A stretch of 61,231 bases of DNA, filler included, from 3 parts of 3 records of this genome joined end to end with filler, not necessarily neighbours in it; one strand, 5' to 3'; numbered from the whole stretch's first letter, positions 39,057 through 46,903 are shown. The notes: generated from the sequence alone by a model not told the origin. Numbers and translations are program-made.

Positions 39057-40229
39057 CTAGGCGCGGTCAACAAAGGGAACGAAGCTGTCGGCGAATACAT
39101 CGCGGGCAATAATCAGCTTCATAATTTCTGAGGTACCGGCAAAAATGCGGGTAATACGCGCGTCGCAGTACATACGGGAAATCGGATACTCGTCCATGTA
39201 ACCCGCACCACCGTGCAGCTGCACGCCTTCGTCAACCATGCGGCACAGCAACTCACTGGTATACAGCTTGGCTTTGGCGGCATCTTCTGCGGTTAACTGA
39301 CCACGGTTATGCACCGCAACACACTGGTCGACATAGGCCTGGGCCACGTCCAATTCGGTGCGCAGTTCGGCCATTTTGAACTGGGTGTTCTGCATTTTTG
39401 ACAGCGGCTTACCAAACACCTTGCGCTGCTCACAGAATTCACGCGTCACTTCAAACGCCTTCTGCGCTGAAGACAAAAAGCCGCAGGCGCCAATCAAACG
39501 CTCTTCAGCCAGACCTTCCATCAGGTAAATAAAGCCCATGGTTGGGTCGCCCAGTACGTTCTCTTTGGGAATACGCACTTCATTGAAGAACAGTTCGGCA
39601 GTGTCCTGCGCCTTCATGCCCATCTTCTTCAAATTGCGGCCGCGCTCGAAGCCTTCCATGCCACGCTCCACCAAAAACAGGCCCATCGCGTGGGGGTTGT
39701 TTTCCGGGTCGGTCTTGGCCGCTACGATCACCACATCGGAATTAATGCCGTTGGTGATATACGTTTTGTTACCACTCAGCAGCCAGTGGTCGCCCATGTC
39801 TTTAGCCACGGCGCGCATACCCGCAAGGTCGGAACCGGCGTCGGGCTCGGTCATCGCCACTGCCAGAATCAATTCACCACTGACGCAGCGCGGTAAAAAG
39901 CGCGCCTTTTGCTCTTCACTGCCAAAGCGATCTATGTAGGGGCCAACCAAACGGCTGTGCAGGGTATTCGCCCAGTCACCGGCGTAAACGTTGGCGGTTT
40001 CTTCAATAATGATCTGCTCAAAACGGAAGTCGCGGTCGCCCATGCCGCCGTACTGCTCGTCGGGCCAAACCATCAAAAAGCCCTGTTCACCGGCCTTTTT
40101 AAATACCTCCCGGTCAACAATGCCCTGCTCGCGCCAGGCATCCACATTCGGGGCCACTTCCTGTTCCAGGAATTTGCGGTAGGCCGAACGAAACATTTGC
40201 TGCTCTTCTGTAAAATCTCTGGGAAGCAT
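39057..40229 (-). CDS. Acyl-CoA dehydrogenase (long-chain type), probable start MLPRD at 40229
   Basis: AMTEPDAGSDL, GNKTYITNG, QDTAELFF, QLHGGAGY, IFAGTSEIMK. Confidence 0.92.
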   Translation of the reverse strand: MLPRDFTEEQQMFRSAYRKFLEQEVAPNVDAWREQGIVDREVFKKAGEQGFLMVWPDEQYGGMGDRDFRFEQIIIEETANVYAGDWANTLHSRLVGPYIDRFGSEEQKARFLPRCVSGELILAVAMTEPDAGSDLAGMRAVAKDMGDHWLLSGNKTYITNGINSDVVIVAAKTDPENNPHAMGLFLVERGMEGFERGRNLKKMGMKAQDTAELFFNEVRIPKENVLGDPTMGFIYLMEGLAEERLIGACGFLSSAQKAFEVTREFCEQRKVFGKPLSKMQNTQFKMAELRTELDVAQAYVDQCVAVHNRGQLTAEDAAKAKLYTSELLCRMVDEGVQLHGGAGYMDEYPISRMYCDARITRIFAGTSEIMKLIIARDVFADSFVPFVDRA

Positions 40230-40517
40230 GGTTCTTCTCTCGTTATTCAATCGGCGCGCTGGCGCCGAGGTTTGTTTTTCCTGCCAGAGCCGAGGCTCGG
40301 CACTGCGTGTCGACGCACAGCATCGCCTCGCCGCCCCCAAAGCGGCAATGATTGACCGTGACAACCACTTGACATTTTCTTACAAAAAACGGGAATCCCC
40401 CGCCCACTGGCGCGTGTCGACCACCGCCGTCGCCTGCCGACTAGACCCTAAAAAACGCCTGCCCTACTGTGTCTGCCAAGATGTGCCGCACTGCGGCTAG
40501 CCACAACGAGGAACACC

Positions 40518-41876
40518 ATGAACAGCACCAGCGTTGACTACCAAGACTACCCGCGCCAACCCAATCGCAAGCTGACGCATATTCCCGGTGACAGCGGCCT
40601 GCCCCTGTTCGGCCAGACCTTCAGTTTTTTGAAGAACTACAAAGCGCTCACCGAAATGCGCTACCGCAAATACGGCAAAATTTCGCGCGGCAATACCCTG
40701 TTCCAACACAGCCTGACCCTGCTCGGCCCCGAAGCGAACGAACTGGTACTAAAAAACAGCGACGGCCAGTTCTCCAGCATGCTGGCCTGGAACCCATTAC
40801 TGGACAGACTCTTCCCCAACGGGCTGATGCTGAAAGACGCCGAGGCCCACCGCTACGACCGTAAAATTCTGCAAGGCGCGTTTAAAAAGGCTTCTATCGA
40901 AGGCTATTTGCACACCATGAGCCCGCACCTGGAGCGCGGTCTGGAAGAATGGCCCAAGGGCAAAGAGTTCCACTTTCAACACGCCGTAAAACAACTGCTG
41001 CTGGAAGTGGCCGCCGAGGTGTTTTTAGGTGTGGAAATGGGCGAAGAAGCCAGCGGCGTGAATACCGCCTTCGTGGACACCATGCTTGCCTCAATGGCGG
41101 TATTAAAGCTCCCCATCCCCGGCACGCTTTGGCACCGCGGCCTGACCGGCCGCAAACATTTAGAAGACTTTGTAATGGCGCATATCGACGATAAGCGCAA
41201 ACACGAAGGCCGGGATATTTTCTCGCAGATCTGCCACGCCACCGATGAAGACGGCAACTACTTCTCCGACGAAGCGGTGCGCGACCATATTATTTTCCTA
41301 CTGTTCGCTGCCCACGACACCACAACCAGCACGCTGTGCTCCATTGTTTACGCACTGGCCAAGAACCCCGCGTGGCAGCAGCGGCTGCGCGAGGAATACG
41401 CGGCTATCGGCAAAGACCAGCTCGACTACGACGACCTGAATAAACTCGACGACAGTAAACTGGTGTTTAAAGAAGCCCTGCGCATGTATCCCCCCGTGCC
41501 GGCCATTCCGCGCCGCACTCTGAAAGACATGGACATTTTTGGCTACCACGTGCCCAAAAACACCGCAGTGGCCATCTCACCGCTACTCACCCACTACATG
41601 GAAGAGTATTGGAGCAACCCCAATGACTTCGACCCCGAACGCTTTTCCAAAGAACGCGCCGAAGACAAAAAGCACTTCTTCCAATGGGTACCCTTTGGCG
41701 GCGGCGCACACAAATGCCTGGGCCTGAACTTTGCCGAAGTGCAAACCAAGCTGTTCCTGTTCCACCTGCTGCGTCGCTACAACATAAAAGTGAAAGACGG
41801 CTATGAAATGCCCCGCAGCTGGGTGCCGCTGATCTTCCCTGCCGACGGCCTGCCTGTGAGCTTCGAGCCCATCTGA
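40518..41876 (+). CDS. Cytochrome P450
   Basis: I-helix AAHDTT, ExxR (EALR), FDPERF, heme motif FGGGAHKCLG. Confidence 0.95.
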   Translation: MNSTSVDYQDYPRQPNRKLTHIPGDSGLPLFGQTFSFLKNYKALTEMRYRKYGKISRGNTLFQHSLTLLGPEANELVLKNSDGQFSSMLAWNPLLDRLFPNGLMLKDAEAHRYDRKILQGAFKKASIEGYLHTMSPHLERGLEEWPKGKEFHFQHAVKQLLLEVAAEVFLGVEMGEEASGVNTAFVDTMLASMAVLKLPIPGTLWHRGLTGRKHLEDFVMAHIDDKRKHEGRDIFSQICHATDEDGNYFSDEAVRDHIIFLLFAAHDTTTSTLCSIVYALAKNPAWQQRLREEYAAIGKDQLDYDDLNKLDDSKLVFKEALRMYPPVPAIPRRTLKDMDIFGYHVPKNTAVAISPLLTHYMEEYWSNPNDFDPERFSKERAEDKKHFFQWVPFGGGAHKCLGLNFAEVQTKLFLFHLLRRYNIKVKDGYEMPRSWVPLIFPADGLPVSFEPI

Positions 41877-41896
41877 AACGACTAGTAAAACCATCT

Positions 41897-41934
41897 AACG
41901 GCGGCTCGCGTACACGGGCCGTCGTTTTTATTTT
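41897..41934 (+). terminator. Rho-independent terminator after the P450 gene
   Basis: aacggcggctcg...cgggccgtcgtt followed by tttatttt. Confidence 0.7.
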
Positions 41935-42082
41935 CAGTGGATACTTATGCTTAGCAACGCTCCGCTATCGCGATGCGCGAACGTCCTGCGTGCCTTCGCG
42001 CCAAGCACCGCCGTGCGCCGTTAGACTGCACAGCGATGAATAAGTAGGCCACCACACAACATAACTGCACGAGAAAACCACC

Positions 42083-42520
42083 ATGCCCGCTCCTTACTTC
42101 CCCGAATGCGAAAGCTCAGACTGGCAAACCATGCCAATGGTAGAAGGCACCTCCTTCGACAGCCACCTCGGCGCATTTGAATTTCGTAAACTCGGCAATA
42201 ACACCGCCCAGGCCCGCTTTGGCTGCGACGACAACAGTAAAAATATTCAACACGGCATACACGGCGGCTACCTCGCCGCCCGCGCCGAACAAGTGTTTTA
42301 TCTGCCACTCTATACCGAGCGCTGCGTGGCATTGGGGCGCGTGGTCACCATCGATTTCAGTATGCAGTTTTTACAGGGCGGCAAGCTCGGGCAAGATATC
42401 ATCGCCGATGTTGAGCTACTTCAGGAAACCGGCCGCATGGGCTTTACGCGCGGCACGCTCAGTCAGGCAGGAAAGATACTGTGCAGCTTTAGCGCCACAC
42501 TACGAAAGTTGCCCGCTTAG
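42083..42520 (+). CDS. PaaI-family hotdog-fold thioesterase
   Basis: NIQHGIHGGYL, VTIDFSMQFL, TGRMGF. Confidence 0.85.
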   Translation: MPAPYFPECESSDWQTMPMVEGTSFDSHLGAFEFRKLGNNTAQARFGCDDNSKNIQHGIHGGYLAARAEQVFYLPLYTERCVALGRVVTIDFSMQFLQGGKLGQDIIADVELLQETGRMGFTRGTLSQAGKILCSFSATLRKLPA

Positions 42521-42575
42521 GGCTTAATCGGCAAGAAAGCGGCAGTGGAGCGAAATGGAGTACGCGGAGCAAACG

Positions 42576-42791
42576 CTACTTCCAACCCTGCCGCCAGTTA
42601 TCCGTATTCTTCAACACCGTCCAGTCAATCGACTCGGTGCGCTTGGACATTACCGCCTCAATCACGCAGTCCACCACCGCTCCCTCTTCATCAAACTCCA
42701 CCTCCGTCACCATAAAGTGCTTTTCTTTGTTGACTGGCTGAACCGCCGTCCACTTGCTGTGGAGGAGTTTTTTGGGGTTGATAGGGTTCAT
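42576..42791 (-). CDS. Small Trp-rich conserved protein (TIGR02450-like)
   Basis: INPKKLLHSKWTAVQPVNKEKHFMVT...IEAV...IDW..LK....WRQGW; AAAGGAG RBS. Confidence 0.8.
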   Translation of the reverse strand: MNPINPKKLLHSKWTAVQPVNKEKHFMVTEVEFDEEGAVVDCVIEAVMSKRTESIDWTVLKNTDNWRQGWK

Positions 42792-42933
42792 GGTGAAGTT
42801 TGCTCCTTTGCGGCTCATGATACGAAGGCCGCACGGCTATATGGGTGTAGGTATCTTTACAGGTCAACGCATCCTGAACTATACGAGGAATTGCATCAAA
42901 CCGGGGTACTAAGCGAGCGCACGCCGCGCCTGG

Positions 42934-43650
42934 TTAGGGCTTTCTACACTTTCTAATATCTCGAACTAAGAAAGAATTCCCCTGCCCTCGCTTAAGCTCG
43001 AACAGATCAATTGCTTTGAACAGACTACTCAGATTTTTGAACCCGTAGTTTCTACAATCGAACGACGTCCTGTTAGAGATGTTTGCACCAACAGGCCCTA
43101 GAGGTGCCCAACCATCTTCATCTTCAGTGGCCTCAATTGCCTGGCGTAGAAGATTTATTAGCTTAGTATTGGATTTTATATTCTTCGGTTTAGAACTCTT
43201 TTCAGATTCTATCTCTTCGGAGTGATCCAGAAAGAGAAATTTTGAGCATGCATTTACAAAAGGTGCAGGTGTCTTTCGTTCACCGAACCCCAATACCACC
43301 TTCCCCTCGGCCAGTGCTCTCGTCACCATTGGAGTGAAATCACTATCCGATGAAACAAAGCACATAACATCAATGTCTTTGGTATACATGACGTCCATCG
43401 CGTCTATAACCAAAGCTATATCAGACGCATTTTTACCCTTGGTTAGGTCATACTGCTGCACTGGCTGGATAGCGTACTCATGAAGCAGGTCTTCCCATGG
43501 CTTGAGATTTGGCGACTTCCAGTTTCCATACGCCTTACGTATCGTCACCACTCCGTACTTTGCTACCTCGCTGAGGACATCTTCGAACCTGCTGGCCGGC
43601 GCGTTGTCAGCATCAATAAACAGGGCTATTTTTTGTTTTATCTCGTCCAT
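42934..43650 (-). CDS. NYN-domain (LabA/DUF88) protein with C-terminal OST-HTH/LOTUS domain; cassette 5
   Basis: IALFIDADN, RKAYGNW, KNASDIALVIDAMD, SSDSDFTP, FDCRNYGFKNLSSL; stop lies within CCCTAAC. Confidence 0.88.
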   Translation of the reverse strand: MDEIKQKIALFIDADNAPASRFEDVLSEVAKYGVVTIRKAYGNWKSPNLKPWEDLLHEYAIQPVQQYDLTKGKNASDIALVIDAMDVMYTKDIDVMCFVSSDSDFTPMVTRALAEGKVVLGFGERKTPAPFVNACSKFLFLDHSEEIESEKSSKPKNIKSNTKLINLLRQAIEATEDEDGWAPLGPVGANISNRTSFDCRNYGFKNLSSLFKAIDLFELKRGQGNSFLVRDIRKCRKP

Positions 43651-43685
43651 CTTTAACTCATTCACCCTTATTAGATTTTGTGCCA

Positions 43686-43746
43686 TGGTAACGGGTGTCA
43701 ACAGCGTGCAGTTATAGTTGGCGCTCCGTTGACCACAACGTTACGT
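43686..43746 (-). other. attC site (61 bp) after cassette 4
   Basis: Minus strand ACGTAAC...gtcaac-gg-agcg...cgct-gttgac...GTTACCA; inner inverted repeat with a bulge. Confidence 0.7.
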
Positions 43747-44103
43747 GTTGTTCCGGCCGTTGAAGTAGAAGGCAGTTACACCGCCAATCAATGTACCTGC
43801 GAAAGCGAGAAACTCGGGGAAACGCGGATTATTGAAGAGTGCAAGAACAAATACGAAAATCAGGATCAGAAACACGATCCCCATGGCCAGTAACGGCTTG
43901 GTTCGTTTATTCAAGCGCTCAGTCGTCGGTTCAGACTGTCCGAGTCCACCACAAGTACCACAGGCCAGGCCAACGAAGTCTCTACCCTTTAATTCGTGGT
44001 ATTTCGCACAAGCCAAACAACTCGAGCCATTTGGCCCAGACTTACAGACACCCGTCTCCTCACAGTGACGACAAGGATACAAATTCGACCTTACTTCCTG
44101 CAT
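43741..44103 (-). CDS. Hypothetical Cys-rich (DnaJ-zinc-finger-like) protein with two C-terminal TM helices; cassette 4
   Basis: CRHCEETGVC, CLAC, CGTCGGLG, followed by two hydrophobic segments. Confidence 0.8.
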   Translation of the reverse strand: MQEVRSNLYPCRHCEETGVCKSGPNGSSCLACAKYHELKGRDFVGLACGTCGGLGQSEPTTERLNKRTKPLLAMGIVFLILIFVFVLALFNNPRFPEFLAFAGTLIGGVTAFYFNGRNNT

Positions 44104-44121
44104 TTCTATACTTCCCTGTAC

Positions 44122-44179
44122 ACCTAACGCCTATGCACACCTGCGGACATAAGCCGCGTAGGGCTGCGCTTTCTTAAAT
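44122..44179 (-). other. Damaged attC after cassette 3 (right arm intact, left arm missing)
   Basis: Minus strand ATTTAAG (ATTTAAC expected)...gtccgcaggtgtgcataggc-GTTAGGT. Confidence 0.6.
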
Positions 44180-44635
44180 GGCTCTCGGCACTCGATCTTC
44201 CTGAGCCACACGTTGATTTAATTGCCGGAGTTTATTGAGAGAGATTTGAAACTGGCCATTACTCGGCATCCGCTTCCCTTTGAATTGCTCCCAAACAAGG
44301 TCTCCTGGCCCGTTGTAAATTTCCTCAAACGTACCGTCAGACATGATCTTTATGATAATCGTATGCTGCGGCTGACTCCGAAATGCTACAGAGTTGGATT
44401 GCGTTGCCTTGATCTCAACTTCCAAGCCGCATTCGGTGATGGCGTCATAGCCTTTGTTGGACGCAGTCTTGAGATCGAGTTTGTATGCATCAGCAACAAG
44501 GCACTCACCTAAACTGCCAACCATATGGCCGTCCGGGGTAAAATGCCTACCCGGGAACATCGCCTCCAATTCGCTGACCGTGGCATAGAGTTGCTTGACC
44601 AAAGTCCGAAATTTATCGTGATCGATCATAGGCAT
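44174..44635 (-). CDS. PD-(D/E)XK restriction-endonuclease-like protein (DUF6998-like); cassette 3
   Basis: FTPDGHMVGSLGE...GYDA...VEIKAT; ATG overlaps the upstream core site GTTAAAT. Confidence 0.78.
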   Translation of the reverse strand: MPMIDHDKFRTLVKQLYATVSELEAMFPGRHFTPDGHMVGSLGECLVADAYKLDLKTASNKGYDAITECGLEVEIKATQSNSVAFRSQPQHTIIIKIMSDGTFEEIYNGPGDLVWEQFKGKRMPSNGQFQISLNKLRQLNQRVAQEDRVPRAI

Positions 44636-44723
44636 TTAACGCCAGCCGCAACGGCGCCAAAATAAGCGCAGCGTTTTTGGTATCCGGCGACCGTAGGGAG
44701 CATATTGCCGGCTCTTGTTAACC
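44634..44723 (-). other. attC site (90 bp) after cassette 2
   Basis: Minus strand GGTTAAC aagagccggcaa...ccaaaa acgctgcgctta ttttgg...ttgcggctggc GTTAAAT. Confidence 0.85.
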
Positions 44724-46010
44724 ATCGCCTGCGGCTGGCTCCGTTTTGGCATATTGCTTTAGACCGACATCAGTCAGCCACTCGTCAATCTCACCATCTT
44801 TTACATTTTTATTCGTTCTCATTGCATTTATAACAGCCCCTATTTCAAAACTATTTCTAATTTCAAAATTTTCACCGCAGGCCCTTATAATTTTTTCAAC
44901 CTGCTCTTTTGTAAAATCAGACGCATATCGAGTAACCGTTGCTGAAAAGCTGTTTGCCTGATCGAAAGACCCTGATCCCGCGTATAATTCAGCTATTCGA
45001 TCTCCAACTTGGATTGGCAAATCAAAGAATAATGGTTCTGCTATCTCTGCCCTTGTTGTTTTTAGGAGGCGCCTTTGAGCCGACTTTGCTAACCCCTCAT
45101 GTGAAAGCAATAAATCGAGGTCATCAAGATTGTCGAGCGGGAGATTCTCAACGTATGATTCAAGCTTTTGCTTCACATCTGACTCTAAATACTCCCAGCT
45201 TTCCGTAAGCCTTTGAATCACTATAAACGTCTTAAAAAGTTCGTTATCGGAAAGAGTTCTAATTATATTTGATAGCTTTGTTTTTAATGTATCCACATAG
45301 ATTTCTTTGTGTATTTCCTCAATAGCATTAAGTGCTGACGAAATCCTCCAGCCTTCCTTGTAATCAATTTTTTCTTTTAACAACCTTTTCAATAGAACGA
45401 CTACAAAATTTCTAGTTAAGCTTTCCCTAGCTTTAAATAGAGGACTATTCCTAAGCGCCGTTACTGCCTTACTAAGATTTGTTGGGAAGTATTCAGATTT
45501 TACCTCACTAATGAGGCTTTCAAGGGCGTACTTACCTTGCGCAGGTGGGAACTGTAGCAAATATTCGACAGCCGAACGAATATGAACTCTCGCGAGCTCG
45601 GCAGAGGGATTAAATATCTCACCATCCGATGTCATCGAAGGATGCGCACATCTATTTCTATCTTGCTGCAACCTCTCTAAGTCTATGAATTCAATGTGGG
45701 AAATAAGTTCTAGTTTGTCCCTAGCTTTTTGAAGTATGTCTCTTTCAAATTTTAACGAGCTGGCGATATCTCCTGCTTTCCTTGCCTTTTCGAACTCTTC
45801 CAACTGCAGCTCTGCTTCTTTATCGCCAGCGAGAGATAGATCTTTCAGCTTATCAATAATGTCGAACGAAACCGCGATCCATGTAGATACGATAGCTGAT
45901 CGAAATGCGCCAGATTTATAGCAGGAAACAGATTCTTTAATGTAACTTTTTGCCTTCTCATCTCTGCACTTGAGAACAAGTTCATCTAAATCTGACAAAG
46001 GTGATGCCAC
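44718..46010 (-). CDS. Hypothetical 430-aa protein with N-terminal HEPN-like RxxxxH motif and helical C-terminal region; cassette 2
   Basis: AAAGGAG RBS + GTG; ESVSCYKSGAFRSAIVSTW...DRNRCAHP; stop lies within GGTTAAC. Confidence 0.82.
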   Translation of the reverse strand: MASPLSDLDELVLKCRDEKAKSYIKESVSCYKSGAFRSAIVSTWIAVSFDIIDKLKDLSLAGDKEAELQLEEFEKARKAGDIASSLKFERDILQKARDKLELISHIEFIDLERLQQDRNRCAHPSMTSDGEIFNPSAELARVHIRSAVEYLLQFPPAQGKYALESLISEVKSEYFPTNLSKAVTALRNSPLFKARESLTRNFVVVLLKRLLKEKIDYKEGWRISSALNAIEEIHKEIYVDTLKTKLSNIIRTLSDNELFKTFIVIQRLTESWEYLESDVKQKLESYVENLPLDNLDDLDLLLSHEGLAKSAQRRLLKTTRAEIAEPLFFDLPIQVGDRIAELYAGSGSFDQANSFSATVTRYASDFTKEQVEKIIRACGENFEIRNSFEIGAVINAMRTNKNVKDGEIDEWLTDVGLKQYAKTEPAAGDG

Positions 46011-46027
46011 TAGATACTCCTTTAGAT

Positions 46028-46147
46028 AGTTAACGCCAACCGCAGAGGCAGACAGAACGGAGCGCCTTTTTTGCTAATTGTTGAGCGCCAGCTAATAGCA
46101 CAAAAGGCACAGAATTTTGGCTGTCCGAATGCCGATTTTTGTTATGT
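46028..46147 (-). other. attC site (120 bp) after cassette 1
   Basis: Minus strand ACATAAC...gcctttt.tgcta...tagca..aaaaggc...GTTAACT, a long imperfect palindrome. Confidence 0.85.
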
Positions 46148-46651
46148 GATATTTTCAGTTTTGTTTTTCCGGATTTCGGCATTTCTAAACTCAACGTTCA
46201 CGCCCTCTAGGTTAAATCCGCTCTTTACAAATTTAGAAACCACACACTTAAACTCACAATGAACTCCAATATAAGAGCGATTATCCTTCCATAACCTAGC
46301 TATATGATTGGCCTTGGATTCAGGAATATCTCCATGCAAATATAGCTGCGCGACCTCCCCCGATTTGTATATAGAACTTTTAATATGCTGAATTTTTATT
46401 TCACTTCCGGCACAGAAAAAACTGAACTCAGACCTATCCAGCTCCACCTCAAATGGAGACATGTTGATTATTTGAAACCAAATTCCATATGTAGGCGGCT
46501 CGCCTAAATCTACACTTACCGAGCTATGGCGGGCCTTTACGTCAAAAATAATCAAATCCGCCAAGCGCTGCCGGTTAAATATCCGTTTCAGAATCCAATT
46601 CGGCAACCAACGTAGCCAACGCCATATTTCAGTTACGGATAAGATTTCCAA
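46142..46651 (-). CDS. Orphan hypothetical protein (169 aa); cassette 1
   Basis: AGGAGG RBS + TTG; AT-rich; stop lies within ACATAAC. Confidence 0.75.
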   Translation of the reverse strand: MEILSVTEIWRWLRWLPNWILKRIFNRQRLADLIIFDVKARHSSVSVDLGEPPTYGIWFQIINMSPFEVELDRSEFSFFCAGSEIKIQHIKSSIYKSGEVAQLYLHGDIPESKANHIARLWKDNRSYIGVHCEFKCVVSKFVKSGFNLEGVNVEFRNAEIRKNKTENIT

Positions 46652-46659
46652 TTCGTCCT

Positions 46660-46903
46660 CCTAACTCACATACATTTGCATATCGCGCACGCTCGGTTTG
46701 CCTGGGCACAACTCTGCGACCCAATAACATAAGCGATTGAATTTACGCGTAAACGGACGTATTCACACAAAACCGGGGATTGTGATAACGCGCATGCGCA
46801 TTTATCTTGATGGCGGGGTGTCATAGCTCTTGCCCGTATTTCCTTATGTGGCTGTTTTGCCGCGCATTTTTGTAAATCGCTCAGGATTAACGCGCATTCC
46901 TTG
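46660..46903 (-). promoter_or_regulatory. Putative attI / cassette-promoter region
   Basis: Non-coding, no attC palindrome; junction ...atgcaaat-GTATGT matches cassette 1's expected core GTTATGT minus one T. Confidence 0.45.

Larger units (their letters stand above)
42560..46903 (-). mobile_element. Integron gene-cassette array of five cassettes plus a possible sixth; intI not present before the contig end
   Basis: Co-oriented AT-richer ORFs whose stop codons sit in RYYTAAC-like inverse core sites, followed by palindromic attC elements ending in GTT core sites. Confidence 0.85.

Noticed and set aside
41893-42026. ATCTAACGGCG...CGCCGTTAGAC inverted ends resembling an attC near the array
   Set aside because: The left part is explained by the P450 terminator hairpin, the interior does not form an attC-like stem, and the flanking genes have host-like composition.
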